Program-made: the position numbers and the translations under genes
In this document: positions 1 through 8,002 of the stretch, in pieces
Layout: each line of letters begins with the position of its first letter
Numbering within the stretch: the stretch's first letter is position 1
DNA from: Andalucia godoyi And28
Lineage: Eukaryota; Protista; Jakobida
Assembly (NCBI GenBank): GCA_009859145.1
Contig: VRVR01000024.1
Coordinates: forward strand, 1-56,547
Direction of reading: 5' to 3'
Length of the DNA stretch: 56,547 nt
Notes under the pieces: generated by a model
The model's database searches: none
Seen by the model: the letters and a program-made list of their open reading frames with translations, nothing else
Told to the model about the DNA's origin: nothing

Positions 1-1
1 G

Positions 2-133
2 CGAGACCTGGAGTTTCGTGTACGGTGGAAGGGTTACAATGCGGAAGACGACTCCTGGCTGCCGTATCGTGAGGTTCGAGACTTATCCGCACTTGATGTG
101 TACTTGAGTCAGCATCCCCGGCTGCGTCTCTGA
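2..133 (+). CDS. C-terminal chromodomain of a Ty3/Gypsy (chromovirus) Pol/integrase; 5'-partial, runs off the window
   Basis: Manual translation from nt 2 gives RDLEFRVRWKGYNAEDDSWLPYREVRDLSALDVYLSQHPRLRL* (TGA 131-133). F-x-V-x-W-K-G-Y...D-S-W-x-P is the chromodomain core. A PPT and an LTR-like segment follow directly. Confidence 0.85.
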   Translation, partial: RDLEFRVRWKGYNAEDDSWLPYREVRDLSALDVYLSQHPRLRL

Positions 134-140
134 GGGGCAA
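132..140 (+). other. Polypurine tract (plus-strand primer) of the LTR retrotransposon
   Basis: GAGGGGCAA lies between the pol stop codon and the TGTTGT LTR start. It is short and contains one pyrimidine. Confidence 0.65.
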
Positions 141-357
141 TGTTGTGCAGGCACCCGTCGTAGTGGGTGTGAACGTTGGAGTCATTTTCTCTTCCTTTTC
201 TCTTCTTTCTTTTCTTTTCTTTCTTTTCTTTTCCTTTCTTTTCTTTTTCTTTCTTTTCTTTTCTTTTCTTTGTGCTTGTGTTAGGTTTCGTGTGTGAGAA
301 TAAAGTAAACTTTTGTTTATTTATTCTAAAGGTATCTTTTCTTTATAGTCGACAACA
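141..357 (+). mobile_element. 3' long terminal repeat (217 bp) of a chromovirus-type retrotransposon
   Basis: Starts TGTTGT (141-146) and ends ACAACA (352-357), a perfect 6-bp inverted terminus with TG...CA. Internal AATAAA at 299-304 and a CT-rich tract at about 183-270. Abuts the PPT. Confidence 0.8.
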
Positions 358-1277
358 GTGAGATGCGAGAGGAGAAGGAGGGCCAGAAAAATGAATGTTC
401 CGACCGGCCCCCTGGACCATGGCAGTCTGCCAAGCAGTCGGTCGATTTCTGCGTGCCGATCGGCACGGAATCGGGGTGTCTGCGTCGGGTGTCCACTACA
501 GTGGTTGGATGGGCTGCAGTACGTGAATGAATCAATTCAGCATGAATGAACGTGTGTGTTTATTGCTTACTGATGCAGTGGGATGGAGAGACGATGCACG
601 CCATGCAACTGCAATGCATCTGGTGTTGACGGAGTGAAAAGAGTGTGGAGGAGTATAATAACTGATTGACAAAATGTTTTATGTCAATCGACCGTAGTCT
701 AGCGACCTAGCGATCGACGATCGACACTGGTACTATCACTGTGCGCTGCATAAATATTCAACTCTCTTATAATGTTTCTGATCAGTGCTCCAGTTATTTC
801 TTTGGTTTAAAACGATTGGTTATTGAAAAAGACAAGGAAACATTTCCGGTTATTTTTATCTCGGTTGGTGGTGAAAGGCGATTGTAGTCTAAAGTTTCAG
901 TCGATAAAGGACAGGGTTCACTCCAATTGGGAAATCGATTCACTTCCCTAGAATCAGGGGTACATTGAAATTACGTATTTTACGATCGTAACATACAATT
1001 AGAGCGTAAGACCGGCCAACACGGGCTGTGATGTGCTTGTGAAGCTGCGGATTCCCCGGAAGGACACAGAGTGCGAAACGCGGGAATTGTTCCTGCTCAC
1101 ACTCGGCACTGTGATGCGATGTCTTTTGGTGGAACTCCGTAGTCTCCTACTTGTGTGCTCAGATGGCTCTGCTGGTGCGTCCACATTTCTCGGAGGCACT
1201 TGCATTTCTTGGATTCCAGCTTCGACCGACTATAAGAAGAAGGTTGTTGCATTTTCCTGGGTTATTTTTCCAAGAAA

Positions 1278-3824
1278 ATGGAATTCAAGAGGCAACACAA
1301 AAGTTGTTTCCATTTTTTTCGTAACGAACGGCTCGCAGAATTGTCCTCGAGTTCATTATCCTACCACCAAATCATCTTTCATTCTCACCGCTGCTCCTTG
1401 GGAATTCACAAAACTTTGCAACCGATTCGCGTCTGCCTTTACGACATGGTTTCCGTGGCACTTCTTCAGGTGGCACTCGAACACGCCGACAAGGCCCTGA
1501 TCGCAGTATCTGAAGAAGGAAGCATAATCTTTGCAAACACTTCTGCTTCGGATTTGTTTGGTTTCGCAGGCTCTGAACTCCAAGGGCAGAACTTCGATAT
1601 TCTGATATGTCCGAGTTTTCGCAGTGCTCATATCGATTATGTTGGCCGGTTATTTTCCACTGCGCTTTCCGAGCACCACTCAACGGTTCATGCAGTACGC
1701 AAAGATCTCTCCGAATTCACATGTGCGATCGATGTGTTGTTGGCTATTGATCACGAAGCTCTTTGTGTTGTTCGTGAAGTAATCAGTCAGAAGGAGTCAC
1801 CACAGGAATTGCGACAACGAGAAACAACAAAAGCAACGGAGCGAGTGCGAAGCGATTTCCTGGCTCGCATGGGACACGAACTTCGCACTCCACTAAACGC
1901 AGTTTTGGGGACTGTTGAATCGTTGTTGGAACCATCTGATAAGCACACATACGACTCAACAGTTCCGCAGGATCCAACATTATCTGGAGGTCAAATCAGG
2001 GCCTTACACACGATTCGCATTGCCAGCGAATCTTTATTATCTCTTATTGTGGACATTCTGGACTTTTCTGCGATGAACAGTGACCACGGCCCTGCAGTGC
2101 AGTTCACGGATTTCACGCTTATCGAAGTGATCATGGAAGCGTTGCGCATCGCATCTGCAACCAACAGTCTTCCGCACCCCGGCGTCATATTGTTTGTCGA
2201 TCCTCGTTTGGCACTCCAGGTCCGAACGGATCCTGTAATCCTCAGTCACGTGATCATCAAGATTGTAAGTAACATACTCAATTTTACCAGCGCCAGAGAG
2301 ACAATTACGATGCGTATCGAAGAAGGCAGCCCCGAGGAGCTGCAGCAGATGCACATTGACCTAATCCCAGCTCCCGACTGTCCAATCAGTTCTGTGGTGA
2401 TACGCATGTTTGACGGAGGAGTCTTCGCGAACAGCAGTGCATCATGGGCTATTGGTATACCGACGTCTCGACAGGAGCGAGAGCTGGGTCTGTCGCGTAT
2501 TATTGTAGAGCGAGCGATTCGCTCGCTTGGTGGTGACTTCCGCTGCGTGCCTCCCTCAGACCCTTCCCAAAAATCAGAAGTTGTTTTTTTCTTTCCTGTT
2601 GCCATCCCTTTCCGCGCTTTCCCTCGGACATGGGCTGAACTTGCACAACCTGTTTGCGGTGCTCATATTGTTCTGCTTGATGCAGACCCTGTTAAGCATC
2701 GTGCCATCTCAGAACAGCTGATGGCATGGAAGTTGCGAGTGTCGTCTGTGTTGGACCTTCCATCGATGAAGAACGTCATTGACAAGCTGGATTTCCGTTC
2801 CTGTGTCGCCTTGCATGTCCTAGAACCAGTCTCCAAGGAAGAGGGACAATCTGATCTGCTGAAAACCATCATGGATGAAGGTGCATCTGCAGCCAGCAGT
2901 GCCCGAGGAATTCTTTGGACCGTTCCACACGCTTTCGACGTCTCCAGGCTTGAACGACCAATGACGAAGTCGGAACGCACTGTCCCCAATCCTATCAATC
3001 CTGCTGAGTTACTCAACACGATTACGGAAATTCTTGGTTTGCCGTCGCCCTCAAATGATGCTAATAGTCAAAAACCGACATCCTTTATTTCTCCTGCCCC
3101 TTTCCCCGATACGGTCCACATAGCGCGTCGATCGCGTGTTTTAGTGGTCGACGATAACCCTGTCAATCTGCGAGTTGCGACAGTTTTGCTGGAGCGGCGA
3201 GGCTGTGTGGTTCAGAATGCATCCAACGGCTTGGAGGCTGTGAAGTTGTTGTCTTCCGAATTGTTTGATCTCGTGTTTATGGACTGCGAGATGCCCGAAA
3301 TGGACGGATTCGAAGCAACTCGCAAAATTCGCGCAGCCGAAACATCATGGGAGCACACGCCCATTATTGCATTATCTGCGCATGCACTTGAAAGTGACCG
3401 CGTGCGGTGTTTGCAATGCGGTATGGATGATTTTATTTCGAAGCCACTGAATCCACAGATTCTCACGTGCGTTTTGGCACGTTGGAGCGCCCCTGTGCAT
3501 CCCGTTCTTCTGGAACAATGCAGCTTCCGAATGGACTCGGGTGATCAACATAATAGTCTGGCACGCTTGCTCAGCGAGATAGTCTTTCCATTTCAGGAGA
3601 ATGGTGCCGGCAACCAAAAACAGGAGTGGGAGTCACTGGGCAGTCGTGTGGAGGTCCTTCGCGAAGCGGCACGGGTCGTGGGCGCTCAGCGATTGACCAA
3701 CCGCTGTTCATGGCTCCTTAAAGCATTGAAAGGGAATGACGAACAAGCCAAAAATCTCGCTCTCGATGATCTGAACTACGAGGCGCTCGTCATACGCGAT
3801 TTTGCATTTTTGCCGAAAGCCTAG
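1278..3824 (+). CDS. Hybrid sensor histidine kinase: PAS - HisKA - degenerate HATPase_c - pseudo-REC - REC - Hpt-like tail
   Basis: PAS-like ALIAVSEEGSIIFANTSASDLFGF; H-box FLARMGHELRTPLNAVLG (His codon 1875-1877); N-box IVSNILNFT; intact receiver VLVVDDNPVN...FMDCEMPEMDGFEAT...IIALSA...DDFISKP. Alternative start at ATG 1446. Confidence 0.9.
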   Translation: MEFKRQHKSCFHFFRNERLAELSSSSLSYHQIIFHSHRCSLGIHKTLQPIRVCLYDMVSVALLQVALEHADKALIAVSEEGSIIFANTSASDLFGFAGSELQGQNFDILICPSFRSAHIDYVGRLFSTALSEHHSTVHAVRKDLSEFTCAIDVLLAIDHEALCVVREVISQKESPQELRQRETTKATERVRSDFLARMGHELRTPLNAVLGTVESLLEPSDKHTYDSTVPQDPTLSGGQIRALHTIRIASESLLSLIVDILDFSAMNSDHGPAVQFTDFTLIEVIMEALRIASATNSLPHPGVILFVDPRLALQVRTDPVILSHVIIKIVSNILNFTSARETITMRIEEGSPEELQQMHIDLIPAPDCPISSVVIRMFDGGVFANSSASWAIGIPTSRQERELGLSRIIVERAIRSLGGDFRCVPPSDPSQKSEVVFFFPVAIPFRAFPRTWAELAQPVCGAHIVLLDADPVKHRAISEQLMAWKLRVSSVLDLPSMKNVIDKLDFRSCVALHVLEPVSKEEGQSDLLKTIMDEGASAASSARGILWTVPHAFDVSRLERPMTKSERTVPNPINPAELLNTITEILGLPSPSNDANSQKPTSFISPAPFPDTVHIARRSRVLVVDDNPVNLRVATVLLERRGCVVQNASNGLEAVKLLSSELFDLVFMDCEMPEMDGFEATRKIRAAETSWEHTPIIALSAHALESDRVRCLQCGMDDFISKPLNPQILTCVLARWSAPVHPVLLEQCSFRMDSGDQHNSLARLLSEIVFPFQENGAGNQKQEWESLGSRVEVLREAARVVGAQRLTNRCSWLLKALKGNDEQAKNLALDDLNYEALVIRDFAFLPKA

Positions 3825-4397
3825 AGCGTCTTCGTTGGAGGACGTTTTGTCTGCGTTTGCCACGATGTTCATCTCTGCATGCAGTCATGATCGCATCAGT
3901 TGAATTTCTTTTGGATAAGATGTGCGGGTTCGTCGGCGTCAACACCAGTTCTGCTTTTACCATTCCGAAATCCGAGAAAGGAAGACATGAGCATCGGATT
4001 TTTAATGCGGTTCGCCATTTGCCTTTTTTTATTATTTTAATTTATTTTTAATAACATTCACGGTCGCCACCACCAGGGGAGACAAGGTGACAGTCCAAAT
4101 TGTTTATAAAGTCGCTGTCCAGCGTACAGGATGACGTCCACTCGCCTCCGTCGGTGAACGAATCGACAGGACGACAGTTGTCATCAACGGGGAAGCACGG
4201 CGTGAATGCGCCATGTGTCGCACTGAACCCCGATCACCATCCAAACGTCCAAAATTGCAAAGAGCCGAGAATGGCACAATCAAAGATGCTTTTGAGAACG
4301 ATAACAAAAAAAGAAGAAAAAAAAAAAGAAAAAAGAAAAAAAATTCAATTTCGGTGATAACATCGACACATCGGACTCCTTTTAAATAGGGGGAAAT

Positions 4398-6701
4398 CTA
4401 TGCATCCGAGACCGATCCCTGATCCGAAGGCGGCATCAAATACTCTGAAAGGGAGGAAGAGTTTGAAGTGGATTTGTGAGATGCGTGGATGTGTTCCAAT
4501 TCATGCTCAACAACATGGATGGCATTAATAAAGTTATGGCGTGTTACAATTCCGGAAACATGGTGTTGATCATCTAAAACCACAAGATGTCGAAGACCTA
4601 CGGAACGGAAAACCTCAAAACACTCCAAGATGGACGTCCTCTCATGGACCGTGATCGGGTGCTCATGACACAGTGAAAACACGTCGATGACGGTGCTACC
4701 ACTGAAAGAGACCCGGGATGCAACATCCAGAACAGCTTCGTCACCAGCCCGACTCTGACGAAGCAAGGTGATGCACTCCATGTCAGTCAAATCAGACATC
4801 GAGCCTGTGTGCTCTGGCACAGAATGCACAAAGAATTGCTCTCGGAGGGCACCTAACAGAAACCGGCGATGTGCAATTCCGACAAAAACCCCTGATGTAT
4901 TCAGAACAGGATACGCATGGTGATGAATTCGACGAAGAACATCAACCAACTCCGTAACCGGCATTGATGTCTGCAAACAGGCAACAGGCTGCGACATGAA
5001 CGACGCAGCATCTGTGACAGAAAAAACACCTTCAATTTCCGTCGGAAGCTCAGACTCAAGAAAAGGGACCTTCCGAAGAGACAAGTGTGTGTCATACACC
5101 CCTTTGTTGATCAAATCTGCGGATATTTTTGCGCATAAAATGGTGAGGGCCAAAGGCAGGCCGTATCGGATGTCATTTGTGGCCTCAATAACTATCACAG
5201 CAACAGAGACGGTCATTCTGGTGACACCGCCGAGAACTGCCGCGGCTCCGATGAGAGCATACGTTCCGGGAACAACTTGCGAGATACCCATGTTAAAATG
5301 CAGCAAATGCCCAACAAGTCTGCCAAAACAAGCCCCTGTGAGAAGCGACGGCACGAACAGTCCTGAAGGCAACGCCGCGCCAAATGTCAGAACCATAAGG
5401 CAGAAGTAAATGGGAGCAAAAAGGAGCAAAGATGCGCTTGAGAACGCGTCTGTAACGTGAAACAGAGCACGCAAAGAGGCTTCGCTGGGTGCAAAGAACA
5501 AAGTAGCGATGCTCGAATACTCACCATCCGGGCAATAGAACCTAGACACAATGTCCGACACTTTGTGCCCGCCAGTATCATTATCAGACTCAGCAGACGG
5601 TAGCGGAGTGCAGTCATGACGAAGAGCATAAGGTATCATGAAAGAGCAAACTGAAACCAAGAATGATAGTAGTACAACATCCATCACTCGCCGTACTCGA
5701 GATTTGGCGACAAATTTCTGCCGAAAAACCGACATGTTCCGATTCAGAAACACATATAGTGAACCCGTCAGCCCTCCCACCGCGCCCATAAACGCAAAAA
5801 TGGGCAATTCCCATATCAAAAAGCTCGGTTGAGAGGGAAAATATCCAAATGATAACAAACCGGGGTCACTGAGCCGACCCCAACCTGCACCAACAGTGCC
5901 AGAGAGGAAAAATGCCAGAACCGCTGAACAGAGTATGGACCCAAAAAAGGTCCTCCATGTAAGAGACTGCGACCAAAACGACGCTGCCTCCTCGATAGCG
6001 AACAACACACCTCCAATCGGTGCGCCAAATGCTGCCGCAACACCACAAGCACTTCCGCTTGCCACCATGTCCCTTCGATCTCGATCGGCACGAAACACAG
6101 ATGCTGCACGGCGCCACCACATCGGAGCGTTCTTGGGTGGCTCATGCTGACAGTAGGCACCTGCAATTACAGCCCCAATATGGATGCATGGTCCCTCTTT
6201 CCCTAAGGGCAAACCAGAAGAAACCGCAAACGATATACCAAAGCTCTTGGCAACAAATGTCTGCCAACGCAATGTCCTTGGCACGACGACGCCGTTCAGG
6301 TACGACTTCACCTCTGGAATACCTGAACCAGCTGCTCCTGGCTCCCAAATAACCAGAAAACACGCAATAAGAGCAAAGAACATGTTGAAAAAAGCATACA
6401 AGAAAAAAGGACCGGCAACGTAACCTTGCTGGATAAGACTATTGATCGCACTGAATTTGCCCAGAGTGCAGTATTTGCTCAGCGTACTAATGCCAAATGC
6501 CACAATGGCCATGGAAACAGATATCGTTGCAACCGTGATCCATTGCAGCAACCTGAAACGCGGGATCAATGACCGTACTCGCAGAAACGGCGAATACTTC
6601 AGCGTTTGGTAATCGAGCGACTCGTAACGAACCGATCCGAGAGGCGCAGATGCGGGTTCCAGGGGTTTCAGAAAGCTTCTGTGCCTCACATTTGAAGACA
6701 T
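4398..6701 (-). CDS. CLC-family Cl-/H+ exchanger (CLC-6/7-like) with C-terminal CBS pair
   Basis: Signature motifs GSGIPE, GKEGP (gating Glu), GGVLFAIEE (proton Glu), GLFVP and central Tyr (GVYD). CBS-like FMSQPVACL...HHAYPVL and LRHLVVLD...GIVTRHN. Confidence 0.95.
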   Translation of the reverse strand: MSSNVRHRSFLKPLEPASAPLGSVRYESLDYQTLKYSPFLRVRSLIPRFRLLQWITVATISVSMAIVAFGISTLSKYCTLGKFSAINSLIQQGYVAGPFFLYAFFNMFFALIACFLVIWEPGAAGSGIPEVKSYLNGVVVPRTLRWQTFVAKSFGISFAVSSGLPLGKEGPCIHIGAVIAGAYCQHEPPKNAPMWWRRAASVFRADRDRRDMVASGSACGVAAAFGAPIGGVLFAIEEAASFWSQSLTWRTFFGSILCSAVLAFFLSGTVGAGWGRLSDPGLLSFGYFPSQPSFLIWELPIFAFMGAVGGLTGSLYVFLNRNMSVFRQKFVAKSRVRRVMDVVLLSFLVSVCSFMIPYALRHDCTPLPSAESDNDTGGHKVSDIVSRFYCPDGEYSSIATLFFAPSEASLRALFHVTDAFSSASLLLFAPIYFCLMVLTFGAALPSGLFVPSLLTGACFGRLVGHLLHFNMGISQVVPGTYALIGAAAVLGGVTRMTVSVAVIVIEATNDIRYGLPLALTILCAKISADLINKGVYDTHLSLRKVPFLESELPTEIEGVFSVTDAASFMSQPVACLQTSMPVTELVDVLRRIHHHAYPVLNTSGVFVGIAHRRFLLGALREQFFVHSVPEHTGSMSDLTDMECITLLRQSRAGDEAVLDVASRVSFSGSTVIDVFSLCHEHPITVHERTSILECFEVFRSVGLRHLVVLDDQHHVSGIVTRHNFINAIHVVEHELEHIHASHKSTSNSSSLSEYLMPPSDQGSVSDA

Positions 6702-7056
6702 TCTGCCGCTGAAGTACGTATAATAATAACAATAAATAAGGAATGTGCGAGAGGCAAGTACACACGCACAAAAAAACGCGGTTTAAAATCTTCTTTTGAA
6801 GATGCCAAAACAAATGTTGTACCACAGTACAATGCCGCATGAGTCGCCTGGTGCTCACCCTTCATCCAAACCTCGGGTGGTCCGAAGCCGATGAATAACA
6901 ACACGTCATTGTCATGCATACGGAAGGAAGTGTACATAAACAGACACGGTCAATACTGGCCGACACGAGCACGTTTGTTTCACAGGAATTCGTGCTTGCC
7001 CGTAGCCATCTATCATTCGTTGGTTTGGTTTTTTGGTGTCACTTTTTTATTCAAAT

Positions 7057-7455
7057 ATGGGCGTGAGTGTGCTGGGATGACGCATTCGCCTGCGCCTACG
7101 CCGCTCGATACAGGGCCTCCTAGGTCCCGCAGACCTACTAAGAGACCACGTGTCACTACGCCTACCGCCTCTTCCTCTCGCATCTCCAGTTGCATCAATC
7201 GCTGCAACTGAGGACACGAAAGCGCCTGCTGCTAGGGCCGTCAGAATCAAAATGCACCCTTCTCAGGAACAACGCGTCACGCTGAGAAAGTGGCTCACCG
7301 ATTGATCGAGATTGGAACGGAGCGCGGAACATCTATCTGAAGAACGCCGAGAGGCGTGTTGGGGGGCCTATCCCCTTCGCGGCAACGGGATACAAGACTG
7401 AATATGCATGTCTATTCGTATACATATGCATATTCAGTGCATAATGTAGACGAGG
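7057..7455 (+). mobile_element. Internally deleted Fanzor2/IS607-TnpB-like element (non-autonomous); boundaries approximate
   Basis: Frame +1 (7219-7305) reads KAPAARAVRIKMHPSQEQRVTLRKWLTD*, resembling the TnpB/Fanzor N-terminal K-I-R-L-Y-P-x-x-E-Q-x-x-x-L-x-x-W motif. Frame +2 from 7301 reads IDRDWNGARNIYLKN, resembling the RuvC-III motif DRDxNGARNI. The two motifs are adjacent and everything between them is missing. Confidence 0.75.
7304..7455 (+). ncRNA. Candidate omegaRNA scaffold overlapping the 3' end of the Fanzor-like relic
   Basis: Stem TATCCC (7369-74) / GGGATA (7387-92). 13-bp perfect inverted repeat ACTGAATATGCAT (7397-7409) / ATGCATATTCAGT (7426-7438). Lies just downstream of the RuvC-III codons, where TnpB/Fanzor omegaRNAs map. 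The ends are inferred. Confidence 0.5.
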
Positions 7456-8002
7456 TAGTATGCTAACTTGCACATGCTCCTCCCGTGTCGCGTTGCATTT
7501 TTTGCATCATTCCTGTAGAATGCAAGACGGCGCTCAGAATCTGAGCAGTCTTTAGAGGCTTACCTTCCAGTTTATCGTAAAGCATTTGCAATTCCCGACG
7601 GCTCTGCCTGCATTTCTTCCTTTTGATCCACTTGTGTCAATACTGTTGTGTCGATGGCGATCTGGTGGGCTTTACGTCATTTTACGGCAAATATGTACCA
7701 GAATGTTACGTACCAACACCGAATCGAAAGTGTGTTGGAAAAGAATAAGTTCTGAGCAAAAAAAAAAACAGTTGTCGGTGCGACAGAAATATGGCGAGGT
7801 TTGGGGTCGATCCGGGTGGGGGTGGTTTTGATGGCTTACAGCAGGGGGAGGAAACCCCACGATTCCGCTGCTCCAATGGTCCTGGACTCTTCTTTTCTGG
7901 CTCCTCATCTCTCTTCTTTTCCAATGTCTGCTTTGCCTTTTTTGAAACTAACTTTTTACTATATCTGAACGTAAAGAGTGCGCGTCAGCACGGGCATGCA
8001 GC

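Noticed and set aside
176-361. 61-aa Phe/Ser-rich ORF in the track
   Set aside because: It is a translation of the CT-rich tract inside the LTR, starts at TTG and has no domain.
452-467. Perfect 16-bp palindrome CGTGCCGATCGGCACG, plus a small inverted repeat near 664-689
   Set aside because: Isolated, with no repeat-spacer array and no link to a recognisable element.
6891-7250. Track ORFs 6891-7211 (+), 7013-7207 (-) and 7047-7250 (-)
   Set aside because: None is a credible gene by itself; the informative peptides lie in short unlisted frames of the Fanzor-like relic.
7505-7880. Further stem-loops (e.g. GCTCAG/CTGAGC near 7532-7546; GGGG...CCCC near 7845-7858)
   Set aside because: No tRNA, snRNA or SRP motifs recognised, and they are probably beyond the element's right end.
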